Shown here in pieces: positions 9,077 through 17,527 of a stretch of DNA of 64,000 bases (position 1 is the stretch's first letter; every line of letters starts with the position of its first letter). Source of the stretch: Microgenomates group bacterium GW2011_GWC1_46_15 (GTDB lineage Bacteria > Patescibacteriota > Microgenomatia > UBA1400 > UBA12028); NCBI GenBank assembly GCA_001002285.1, contig LCLX01000001.1, positions 128,030 through 192,029 on the forward strand, in the 5' to 3' direction. The position numbers and the translations under genes were made by a program. The notes beneath the pieces were generated by a model. The model worked only from the letters and a program-made list of their open reading frames with translations. It searched no databases and was not told where the DNA came from.

Positions 9077-9640
9077 TTAGGCCTTATCCAGCGGGAACTT
9101 TTGCTGAAGCCACTGCGCGCCACGCTCGGCAAATGTTTGGACAGGCCGTTCGAACACAAGGTATTTTTCCAGAGCGCTTTTCACGTCTTCTTCTTTGACG
9201 TCGCTCAACACAAGTGAAAGATTTCCGATGAACCGGTGATAGTACTCAACATGCAAAACGCGTTGACCAAGCGCAGTTGAAAACCAAAATCGGCCAAGCA
9301 TGTCCCATGTATATAATTTTTCCCCCATTCTGATCCCATACGTCGTAATGATATGTTTCGTGTTCTCAGGAGGAACGGCGGCGAGTGCGTAGCTGACAAA
9401 CGCAAACGATACGATCACGGCAATCAGCAAGAACTGGCCCGCAAAGAACAAAATAATGCTGAGGAGAAAGACAATAACGGCGATCGTGGTGTAGTACTCA
9501 CGGTCGCGCTTCTTAAACGGCCGATTTGCGGATTCCCAAGTCAAGAGAACTTCCTCAGGCTGGATTTGCTGCACCGGCGGAGCAGGCTGCTGCGTTTGTT
9601 GTACGCCTTGCGCTAACGGAGTTTCGGCAGGATTTTCCAT
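9077..9640 (-). CDS. Hypothetical membrane protein
   Basis: 187 aa. Pro/Gln-rich N-terminus, then two TM helices (YYTTIAVIVFLLSIILFFAGQFLLIAVIVSFAFVSYALAAV) and a soluble C-terminal domain. Confidence 0.5.
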   Translation of the reverse strand: MENPAETPLAQGVQQTQQPAPPVQQIQPEEVLLTWESANRPFKKRDREYYTTIAVIVFLLSIILFFAGQFLLIAVIVSFAFVSYALAAVPPENTKHIITTYGIRMGEKLYTWDMLGRFWFSTALGQRVLHVEYYHRFIGNLSLVLSDVKEEDVKSALEKYLVFERPVQTFAERGAQWLQQKFPLDKA

Positions 9641-9698
9641 AAGTCAAGCATAGCGTGGAGCGAGGGGTTTTACAACGTGGGACGAGCTTAATTATTGA

Positions 9699-9727
9699 TT
9701 GACTTTTTATCACTATTTTGCTTTAAT
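9699..9727 (+). promoter_or_regulatory. Candidate sigma70-like promoter (TTGACT, 17-nt spacer, TTTAAT) in front of the candidate small RNA
   Basis: Hexamers and spacing counted directly from the sequence. Confidence 0.3.
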
Positions 9728-9733
9728 ACCAGC

Positions 9734-9782
9734 ACAGTCGTAAGACTGCAACGAATTGCCGGATCCCCGAAAGGGGATTTTT
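9734..9782 (+). ncRNA. Candidate small RNA (~48 nt): two GNRA-tetraloop hairpins, the second an intrinsic terminator
   Basis: Hairpin 1 cagtc-GTAA-gactg (9735-9748). Hairpin 2 atcccc-GAAA-ggggat followed by TTTTT (9763-9782). Both lie on the + strand in an intergenic region where both neighbouring genes are on the - strand. Confidence 0.3.
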
Positions 9783-9786
9783 GGCA

Positions 9787-10353
9787 TTAGAACGGATATA
9801 TCCGTAGAAATTCTTCGGCATACTCCTTGATATCAATGAATTGATCTGCGACGTCTATAAGCTCTTTTGCGATTCTATATCGAGTAGAAAATATAACAAT
9901 AGTTTTTTTGTGGCGTTTAAGATATTGACATAAATAAACAAAATCACTATCTCCGGAAAAAAGTATAAATACATCAAAATATTTTAGAAGTATTACAGCA
10001 TCAACAGCAAGCTCAACATCAAAATTTGCTTTATGGATATCATGATGACTTTTTTGATCACGAATCACTTTTATTGGTTTTGTGATAATAGTAAAACCGA
10101 TTTTGTCGAGCATTCCAAAGAAGCCTTGTTGTTTTTTAGCATGAAATGTTGGACCATAATATCTGAGCGATGTTGCTTGATTACAAGAATGAAAATATTG
10201 AGCAAACTTTTTGTAATCGACAGTTTTTCCGAATTTTTTAGCGGAATTTGCTAGATTTGCTGCGTCAACGAACACAACGCACTTACCTGTAAAAAGTAAA
10301 TTATTGTTATTGTGTGATGAATGTTTCATTATATATAATTTTCTTTCATTCAT
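9787..10353 (-). CDS. NYN-domain protein (LabA-like, PIN-type nuclease fold)
   Basis: 188 aa. VVFVDAANL...FDVELAVDAV...ILFSGDSDF motifs typical of the NYN/LabA family. Its start overlaps the upstream gene's stop by 4 nt. Confidence 0.7.
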   Translation of the reverse strand: MNERKLYIMKHSSHNNNNLLFTGKCVVFVDAANLANSAKKFGKTVDYKKFAQYFHSCNQATSLRYYGPTFHAKKQQGFFGMLDKIGFTIITKPIKVIRDQKSHHDIHKANFDVELAVDAVILLKYFDVFILFSGDSDFVYLCQYLKRHKKTIVIFSTRYRIAKELIDVADQFIDIKEYAEEFLRIYPF

Positions 10354-12233
10354 TTTTTTGAAGGCGCAAAAATAAACTCATGTATCGTTCGGATTTCATG
10401 TTCAGCTTTATGAAAATCGTTTTCTGCTTGCCCGAGAAGTAAAAGGAATGGTTGAGGATTCGGTAGTTTTGCTTGAAGTAAAACGTGTTCTGCATGAGCA
10501 AAACAGCGAACAAGTATTCGGCAGGACTCTGGCAACACACATTCCCAAAATGCGGTGCGGAGTTTTTTTATGTTCCGCGACGCACTATATTTGAGTACAA
10601 GCGATACAACTGGCGTTATTCGCCCCTCTGTATAGTCTTGTTCCCAATCGTGAAGATCGTCATTGAGTTGTTTTGCTGTGAGGTACAAAAGAAAAAACTT
10701 TTGGATACCCGCAATGCGTTGGTGAGAATCCTGATGCGAAAGAAAAAGCGCCGCAACTGCGCACAACGCGTGACCAAGTGATTTTTTTCCTGAATGCATA
10801 AGAGGAGAAGTAATATGAAGAGCTTCTTTTACATATGCATCATCAACGGTAGCAAGTATCTTGTGACATGTTTTCCAAAAGGGATGATTTGTTGGGCAAA
10901 ATTTTGCATATATCCGCAATGCTTCCCGATAAAAAAACGGAGCGAGTGGTAAAAACTTTTCTGCCTGTTTTTGTTTATCTATTCGAGCGTCAAGAAGGGT
11001 ATACGAGATCCATCCGCACACATTTGCACAACCAAGTTCAACCAAGGTCCTATGTGAAATTTTTATTGAATTTTCCTGCGTGAGTGTTGAAAACGTAAGA
11101 AAAGGAAGTCCTGTGGCTTGCGCAGCATTTTTATCCAGTGAAAAATCATGCAAAACTTTCTTCACCTTTTTACGAAGCAAAAATGGAAGCCCTGTTATGC
11201 GTTTTTGTGTGAACGCAAACACTTCTTCTTTTATCTTCGCGTTTTGTGTTACGTCTTTTTTCTTTTGCATAGCAATCCATACAGATAATGTTTCAATACA
11301 CAATGCCAATGTTGTTGGTGGTGACCCCGCCACGCGGCAGTCTCCATGAAAGTTTGTATATATGCAAAGTTCTCCCATGCCGAGTTTTGGATATGCAGAA
11401 CAGAGCGACGTAATGCCTTTTTCTATCTTTTCTGTTTTTGAGTGAAGATAAAGAAGCGTGGTAGTTCCTAACGCTATGGTATGCGGAGTGTTTTGGTTGT
11501 TTTTCAATAATTCAAGTACAATAAACTCAACATATTTTCTTGCAGATTCAAGTTTTTCTTGTGTAGATGGTTGAGCTGAATGAAACATTCGTGCAAAAAA
11601 ATATGCGCATGGAAGCGAAGAGGGGTAGTATGGCGACGCGCACGACATTTGGAATCGCTGTGCCAAGTACTTAATCTGTTGATCCAGCGTTACTCCGAAC
11701 AACGAGAGAGCATACGCGATATTGCAGTTTACAACAGGATCAACATCGTGCCACTTTTTGTCCTTGGCAGAAACAAGCCAGGTTCTGTATGGTCCGCCAG
11801 GCTGTTGTTCCGATTGGCATAACGCGGAAGTAAATTTTGCTAGCATCTCACCGGTAATATACTGAGGATTGACGGCATGTATCGCCGCAAGCGCGCAGGC
11901 TGTATCATCCAGATCGTCAGGATATGGCCGAGTTTCTCTTTCTTTAGCGTTTCGTTGCCACCAGTTCCATGTTTTCGTTTCCTGGGTTTGGTGGCGCATG
12001 AGCCATGAGCAGATTTTTCCTCGCATGTTATCAAGTTGCGGATTATCTTTTATGAGTTGCGTGCAATGAAGGAACATAAACGCGGGAAAGATAACGGGAA
12101 GAGTATTCCGCGCATGGGGTGTCTCATTGAGTTTCCACGCATATGCATTTTTCCACGACAAAGCGTGCTGAGAAAGTAACGTTGTTATGAATCGGTCAAG
12201 AACGTACTGAATGTTTTGCGGGTCGATGATCAC
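10350..12233 (-). CDS. Large cytoplasmic protein resembling class II terpene cyclase / squalene-hopene cyclase (alpha/alpha-toroid); function unknown
   Basis: 627 aa. RPYPDDLDDTACALAAIHAV matches the SHC catalytic YPDVDDTAVV (DxDDTA) signature. QW-like RGKICSWLMRHQTQETKTW. C-terminal DDxxD-like LNDDLHDWEQD. No TM segments. The annotated start overlaps the histidine kinase stop by 38 nt, so the true start may be internal. Confidence 0.6.
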   Translation of the reverse strand: MIIDPQNIQYVLDRFITTLLSQHALSWKNAYAWKLNETPHARNTLPVIFPAFMFLHCTQLIKDNPQLDNMRGKICSWLMRHQTQETKTWNWWQRNAKERETRPYPDDLDDTACALAAIHAVNPQYITGEMLAKFTSALCQSEQQPGGPYRTWLVSAKDKKWHDVDPVVNCNIAYALSLFGVTLDQQIKYLAQRFQMSCASPYYPSSLPCAYFFARMFHSAQPSTQEKLESARKYVEFIVLELLKNNQNTPHTIALGTTTLLYLHSKTEKIEKGITSLCSAYPKLGMGELCIYTNFHGDCRVAGSPPTTLALCIETLSVWIAMQKKKDVTQNAKIKEEVFAFTQKRITGLPFLLRKKVKKVLHDFSLDKNAAQATGLPFLTFSTLTQENSIKISHRTLVELGCANVCGWISYTLLDARIDKQKQAEKFLPLAPFFYREALRIYAKFCPTNHPFWKTCHKILATVDDAYVKEALHITSPLMHSGKKSLGHALCAVAALFLSHQDSHQRIAGIQKFFLLYLTAKQLNDDLHDWEQDYTEGRITPVVSLVLKYSASRNIKKLRTAFWECVLPESCRILVRCFAHAEHVLLQAKLPNPQPFLLLLGQAENDFHKAEHEIRTIHEFIFAPSKK

Positions 12234-13644
12234 TCGTATATGGAAAACTCATACGAAATGTTGTCCCCTTTCCATCTATTGTTTGAAAAGAAAGAGTTCC
12301 GTGAAACATGTTTTCTACGATATCCTTTACAGCAGCAAGACCAATACCCGTTCCTTCCTTTGGTTGTTTCGTCGTAAAAAACGGTTGAAAAATAAATGGA
12401 ACATATTTCTTTGGAATACCTCCAGCCTGATCAGTGATCTCAATCAATACGCCGCTCTTCATATTTTTCATGTGCACAGAAATAGTTTGAGGTATAGAAT
12501 GTTTTTTTGGAGACGGATATGCTTCGATTGCATTCAACACTATATTCGAGATACATTGATGAAACTTTGCCGGGTCTCCATGCAAGATAACTAATGCGTT
12601 AAGTTCACATACATATTTGATATGCTTTTTCTGCGCCTCATAGTGGAGAAATTTACACGATTGCGTAATTTCTTTAGCCGGAGAGAACTCTTCGTCGCTC
12701 ACGTGTTTGCGAATTTGTTTTCTTGTGCTATCAATCAATGATGCAATTTCTTGAAGTCCTTCATGGACAGTTTTAACAGATTGTTTTTGCCGAGTTTCAA
12801 TCGCTGCGGCAACATATGTTAATGGGTTGGCAATATCGTGAATCAATCCTGTAGTAATTTTTCCAAGCGCGGCAAGGTTGTTCACTTCAATAAACTTTTC
12901 TTTTTGAATTCGTCGAAACTCTATATCGGCCTTATGTAAAGCACTATTTGTTTGTTCGAGCTCTTGTGTTCTTGCATGTACTTTCTGTTCCAATGAATCT
13001 CGTTCTTTTTGAAGTTCTTGTGCAGCATGCTCAATCTCTCGATTCGAAAGCCAGGTTGTAATTCCGATGACGCCTAAAATACCAGAATAGATCAGGATAT
13101 CCATGAAACTTGTGTTGCCAAGTTTCCATAATTCATACGCTTCAAGAATTTTTCTATCCTGAAGGTAAAAAATAATAGAGATGCTAACGATAGTGCTGAA
13201 AACGAGTGCGAGCGCCCACGACGTATCAAGTAAAATGCCAGCGAATGTAATCGCAAGACCGTACGAAAGAAATGACATTGGTACATTCACGCCCCACGCA
13301 ATACTGGTGTAGAGTGCAAGAAAAAACGTCATTAATACAAATGCATATCGCACATATTTTCCACCGTACGAATACGATGCGTAAAAGAAAAAGAGAAGCG
13401 CAACATCAACACTCCCGATCAGCCAAAACGGAACAGTCGCCTCAACTTGGTGCAGAAATACACGCGAGGAAAATACATAGAGTGTTGCCACGGCACTTAT
13501 AGGAATAATTCCTAGCAGTATGATGCGGAATACATACGATCTCCTCGCGTCGTCATCTTTCTGCGGTTGGAACGTACGATTACGCCCCTCCCCACGGATC
13601 CATTGTTTGAACCGAAAAAGCAGTGTCACGGATTGTTGATGCAT
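12196..13644 (-). CDS. Sensor histidine kinase (intramembrane-sensing type)
   Basis: 482 aa. About 6 N-terminal TM helices with no large extracytoplasmic loop, a coiled linker, HisKA H-box GLIHDIANPL, and HATPase_c (N, G1 ITDQAGGIP, G2 GTGIGLAAV). Confidence 0.85.
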   Translation of the reverse strand: MHQQSVTLLFRFKQWIRGEGRNRTFQPQKDDDARRSYVFRIILLGIIPISAVATLYVFSSRVFLHQVEATVPFWLIGSVDVALLFFFYASYSYGGKYVRYAFVLMTFFLALYTSIAWGVNVPMSFLSYGLAITFAGILLDTSWALALVFSTIVSISIIFYLQDRKILEAYELWKLGNTSFMDILIYSGILGVIGITTWLSNREIEHAAQELQKERDSLEQKVHARTQELEQTNSALHKADIEFRRIQKEKFIEVNNLAALGKITTGLIHDIANPLTYVAAAIETRQKQSVKTVHEGLQEIASLIDSTRKQIRKHVSDEEFSPAKEITQSCKFLHYEAQKKHIKYVCELNALVILHGDPAKFHQCISNIVLNAIEAYPSPKKHSIPQTISVHMKNMKSGVLIEITDQAGGIPKKYVPFIFQPFFTTKQPKEGTGIGLAAVKDIVENMFHGTLSFQTIDGKGTTFRMSFPYTSDHRPAKHSVRS

Positions 13645-13736
13645 CTCGAAGCTCTTTTTTTGTTAATAATTCTTTGATGAGTTTTGCCATTGTTTCACCT
13701 CCTTTCTATGTGGAAGTGTACGCAATGAACATGAAC

Positions 13737-14411
13737 TCATCCTGATTTTTTTAACACAAATCCAACGCCTTTTTTTGTTTCGATGGTGACACAACTTTTT
13801 GCACGCACTAATATTTTCCGTATGGTTTTTATATGCGTGTCTATAGCATTATCACTAACTTCAGCGTTCATGTCCCAAGCACATTCGATAAGTTGTGTTT
13901 TTGAAATGAGACGTTCAGCGTGGTCAATCAAACATTCAAGCAACATATAGTCTTTCTTTTGAAGAGGAAGGGGGGAGTTGTTGCAAAGAATATTCATTTG
14001 TGTCGGATGTATCGTAAGGTCGGCAAAAGCTTGCGGAGTTTCACTTTGTCTATGCTCTTTTCTTCTTAACAACGCTCGAAGGCGCGCGCGTAGTTCATCA
14101 ACAGAAAATGGTTTTGTCATGTAGTCGTCTGCTCCACTATCGAGTGCTGAAATTTTCTGAAACACTTCACCATTAGCGGTCAACATAAGAATAGGTGTTT
14201 TTATTGCACGCAAACGCAACTCTTTTGCAAACGAAATGCCATCACCATCAGGAAGTGAAATATCAAGAATAAGGACATCATATGTGTTTGCTTCGGCAGC
14301 AAGTTCTGCCGTAGCGATAGATCCGCACACATCAATCACATACTGTTTTTTTAATTGATGGGACAGCGTTTGTGCAAGCCGTTGGTCATCCTCAACAAAC
14401 AAGAGTCGCAT
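13737..14411 (-). CDS. OmpR-family response regulator (receiver + winged-helix)
   Basis: Start set at the internal Met (MRLLFVEDDQ...) preceded by GGAGAG SD. The ORF track extends to 14534. Receiver (DVLILDISLPDGDG, MLTANG, K) plus a trans_reg_C winged helix. Confidence 0.85.
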   Translation of the reverse strand: MRLLFVEDDQRLAQTLSHQLKKQYVIDVCGSIATAELAAEANTYDVLILDISLPDGDGISFAKELRLRAIKTPILMLTANGEVFQKISALDSGADDYMTKPFSVDELRARLRALLRRKEHRQSETPQAFADLTIHPTQMNILCNNSPLPLQKKDYMLLECLIDHAERLISKTQLIECAWDMNAEVSDNAIDTHIKTIRKILVRAKSCVTIETKKGVGFVLKKSG

Positions 14412-14533
14412 CTCTCCACTATATACCCGCATGCAAGACCACTTTTGTTCGACAATCCCCGTCATATCCCGTACAATAAACGAAAAGCCCTCTTTCAGAG
14501 GACTCTCTTTGTAAACAAAAGGAGGGAAGAGCA

Positions 14534-14737
14534 ATGTTCCGCAACCTTATCGGTCCCGTACAAGCATGGTTGCTCTCGCAAGGCCAGTGCGTGGGATGCG
14601 GCATGCCACTTTCTGAGGGGTCTACCCGCAATAAAAAAGACGGCTCGGTCCTCATCACCTGCAAATGCGGGAGAACATACTTTAAGTTCGGCGAGAAAAA
14701 GTACCGCCGCGCAAAAATGAGCGAGATTTCAGAGTAA
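14534..14737 (+). CDS. Small Zn-ribbon-like protein (CxxC...CxC)
   Basis: 67 aa with CVGCG...CKCG. Strong SD AAAGGAGGGAAG 6 nt upstream. Divergent from the two-component operon. Confidence 0.5.
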   Translation: MFRNLIGPVQAWLLSQGQCVGCGMPLSEGSTRNKKDGSVLITCKCGRTYFKFGEKKYRRAKMSEISE

Positions 14738-14742
14738 ACGGA

Positions 14743-15732
14743 ATGAACGGTATGCAAAAATTAGCCACACGTATTTCCATCGCGCTTTCCCCCCTTGTTT
14801 TGAGTGTCGGTGTGCTGGGGTATGGCCTATTCCGTTTTCTGTTGTTGCCTGTTGATCTCAAAAACCAAACACCCGTGCGCGTGATCATTCCCCGCGGAAA
14901 AGGCGCGTCTTGGATTGGGAATGCACTGGAAGATGCTGGACTGATTCGGTCAAAGTACGTCTTCCGGTTTGTCGTGTGGAAGCAGGGCTTAACCAAGAGC
15001 ATTCAGTCGGGGACGTACTCGCTGAGCAAAGCACAGTCACTTACCGAGATCGCACAAACCCTCACTAAAGGGACGGATGATGTGTGGGTAACGGTTGTTG
15101 AAGGGCTCCGGCGCGAAGAAGTTGCCAATGTATTTGCACACTCCATTGACACAGCGTTTGATACCAAAGAGTTTCTTACTTTGACCAAGGGGAAGGAAGG
15201 GTATTTGTTTCCCGACACGTATCTCATTCCAAAGGATGCGACGACTCAGCTAACCGCTACTCTCTTAACCAACACGTTTGCGCGCAAAGTAACGCCGGCA
15301 ATCCGCGCGGGCTGGAAAGCACAGGAGTTAAGTGAACTCGAAGCACTTACGCTTGCTTCATTGGTCCAGCGTGAGGCGCGTGACCCCGCTTCCATGAAGA
15401 TGGTGGCTGGTATTTTGTTGAAGCGTTTGCGCGCTGATTGGCCACTCCAAGTTGATGCAACGCTCCAGTACATCAAGGGGTTTGATGCAAATGAAAACAC
15501 TTGGTGGCCCACCCCGCTCGCGGTGGACAAAAAACTCAAATCACCGTACAACACGTACTTGCACGTTGGTTTGCCACCCGGTCCGATTGCTAATCCGGGC
15601 CTGGACACGATGGACGCTGTTGCTTTCCCAACCGAAAACGAGTTTTGGTACTACCTCACCGGCCGGACGGGGGAGATGCACTACGCCAAGACTATTGAAG
15701 AACATAACGCAAACATTACGAAGTACCTATAA
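14743..15732 (+). CDS. mltG: Endolytic murein transglycosylase MltG (YceG family)
   Basis: 329 aa. N-terminal TM, and YceG hallmarks including YYLTGRTGEMHYAKTIEEH and GLPPGPIANPG. Confidence 0.8.
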   Translation: MNGMQKLATRISIALSPLVLSVGVLGYGLFRFLLLPVDLKNQTPVRVIIPRGKGASWIGNALEDAGLIRSKYVFRFVVWKQGLTKSIQSGTYSLSKAQSLTEIAQTLTKGTDDVWVTVVEGLRREEVANVFAHSIDTAFDTKEFLTLTKGKEGYLFPDTYLIPKDATTQLTATLLTNTFARKVTPAIRAGWKAQELSELEALTLASLVQREARDPASMKMVAGILLKRLRADWPLQVDATLQYIKGFDANENTWWPTPLAVDKKLKSPYNTYLHVGLPPGPIANPGLDTMDAVAFPTENEFWYYLTGRTGEMHYAKTIEEHNANITKYL

Positions 15733-15775
15733 AATCGAGATTTTTATTCGATGCTGCTGATCTACTATTATAGGC

Positions 15776-15804
15776 TTGACAAAATCCGAAGATAACCGTA
15801 CAAT
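15776..15804 (+). promoter_or_regulatory. Sigma70-like promoter TTGACA-17-TACAAT for the lipoprotein / surface module
   Basis: Perfect -35 TTGACA (15776-81), 17-nt spacer, -10 TACAAT (15799-804), about 80 nt upstream of the ATG at 15883. Confidence 0.5.
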
Positions 15805-15882
15805 TCCGCCTGATTGGTAAAACATTGCCCGAGTATGGGATATCCCGTACAACGACAATGTTTTTTATTTGAGGGGAAGTGT

Positions 15883-17514
15883 ATGGTGGGTAACTCAAGA
15901 GAGGGCAAGGTTCTTAGCGCTTTAGCTCTTGCTGCGTTGCTTGTTGCGTGCAACCGACCCGCAAGTGGAAATGCTATCCCTACAGAAATGGGTTCGCCCA
16001 CTCCATCAAGAATCCCAACAGCAACAGAAGCCCCAACTTCAACAGAATCTCCAACTCCTTTCCCAACTCTACTGGCAACAGCGACAGAATTTTTAAGAAT
16101 ACTTACAGAAACGCCAGAGCTTCGCGGATTTTTGGAATCCCGCTACGGCGTTGGTCTTGATAGTGATACACCAGATCTCGCCGCACAGTTTGCAAACGAA
16201 TTATTTTTGCTTGACGGCGAGGGTCGTGTCGTAGGAGTGAACCTGAATAGTACAACATTGGTAGAGTATGTTCGTGTCGCAGATGATGCAAGGGAACGAG
16301 GATTTGTTCCGCGTGATCAAGAGGCGGTTGTAAAAATTCTTCTGCAAAAACCAGACTGGAATGATGAATCAATAAGTATACAGGGTTTGGCTGTTGGAAC
16401 GACTTCCGAGGCTCTTATAGCGCTTGCCGAGGCAGATCCCAATACAATCCCCCCAGACGGGTCGCTTGTTTTCCAAACGGTGGGAGGACAAAGTATTCCA
16501 CTTTTTGTTGGTCCACAAGAAAACAATGATGATTCCATTACGGTGATGCATATCCATGAGAACGGCTCTGCAGATGTTACAGCGATGCAAGACGTATTCA
16601 CTGCGCTTGTGAAACAAATTGATGCAAGTTTCGATGGCGCTTCATGGTCGGATGAGCGGGTACAGCGCATGAAAGACATAGTTTTCCAGCGTTACCTCAA
16701 GATTATAGGAAAATCTCATGTGGATGAAAAAGGAAACGTCATTATTGATGAAACATGCCACGTTGACCGCACTCCATTAGAACAGATGATGAGAATGTTG
16801 TCCTCTTTATGGCCAAAACTGCGGATTGTTGGACCACTTACTGTACTGAACAATGATAACAAGAGTGGACAGGGATTTGCTGATTTAACAGATGTTTCTC
16901 TTATTCCAAGAAAAGACGCAAACGGCATTGCTGATGGATTTTTTGTAGGAAAACTTTACCTTACCCGCTTCGAAGAACTTCTTGGCGATCGCGATTTAAA
17001 CACGTTATTGGATGAAGAGATTGCCGATCTTATCATGAAGAGCCTTCGTTTTGTTGATGGAGATGTGAGCAACTATGAAAGATTGCCCTCAGGGTACTTG
17101 TCCGATGGGAAAGATGACACGGGAAAAGCAGTGAATCCAGAGTTACATCAGCGCCAAGTATGTGGACCTGACTCGATTGATCTTACGGCAACACCCACAG
17201 TAACAATGTCACCAGAAGAGGAGATTACGGTGACGTATCCTTCACCATCTGGAACTCCAAGAGCAACTGGAACGCCAACGCCGACAAGAACGCCAGAATC
17301 CACACCAACAAGCATACCTACAAATCCAAGAGAATCGACGGCTACACCAATGCCTCCAGGAACACCTGCCGCATCACCCGTTCCTGAATACACACAGTGG
17401 GCACCACAAACACCAGCAGGAGATCCTGAGAATACACCAACGCCTGGATCTGCTCCAACATCCGTTTTTGAAACATCAGTTCCAGTTCCAACCGTTACAC
17501 CAATAGCGCCGTAA
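15883..17514 (+). CDS. Lipoprotein with Pro/Thr-rich linkers and a PT-rich C-terminus
   Basis: Start MVGNSREGKVLSALALAALLVAC (lipobox LLVAC) with GAGGGG SD. The ORF track starts 69 nt earlier. Low-complexity PTATEAPTSTESPTPFP, and C-terminal TPTPTRTPESTPTS... Confidence 0.6.
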   Translation: MVGNSREGKVLSALALAALLVACNRPASGNAIPTEMGSPTPSRIPTATEAPTSTESPTPFPTLLATATEFLRILTETPELRGFLESRYGVGLDSDTPDLAAQFANELFLLDGEGRVVGVNLNSTTLVEYVRVADDARERGFVPRDQEAVVKILLQKPDWNDESISIQGLAVGTTSEALIALAEADPNTIPPDGSLVFQTVGGQSIPLFVGPQENNDDSITVMHIHENGSADVTAMQDVFTALVKQIDASFDGASWSDERVQRMKDIVFQRYLKIIGKSHVDEKGNVIIDETCHVDRTPLEQMMRMLSSLWPKLRIVGPLTVLNNDNKSGQGFADLTDVSLIPRKDANGIADGFFVGKLYLTRFEELLGDRDLNTLLDEEIADLIMKSLRFVDGDVSNYERLPSGYLSDGKDDTGKAVNPELHQRQVCGPDSIDLTATPTVTMSPEEEITVTYPSPSGTPRATGTPTPTRTPESTPTSIPTNPRESTATPMPPGTPAASPVPEYTQWAPQTPAGDPENTPTPGSAPTSVFETSVPVPTVTPIAP

Positions 17515-17527
17515 TGATAAGGAAAAT

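Noticed and set aside
9011-9616. Plus-strand ORFs 9011-9217 and 9353-9616 opposite the 9077-9640 membrane protein
   Set aside because: They overlap the more convincing minus-strand gene (clear TM helices). Their Arg/Asn-rich translations look like antisense artefacts.
13737-14534. Longer response regulator ORF starting at 14534 (adds 41 aa MLFPPFVYKESPLKEGF...)
   Set aside because: The extension has no receiver-domain homology. The internal ATG at 14411 has a GGAGAG SD and gives the canonical MRLLFVEDD N-terminus. The extension would also collide with the divergent promoter region.
14419-15002. Minus-strand ORFs 14419-14757 and 14682-15002 overlapping the Zn-ribbon ORF and mltG
   Set aside because: They are antisense to better-supported + strand genes (strong SD, conserved MltG motifs) and have no motifs.
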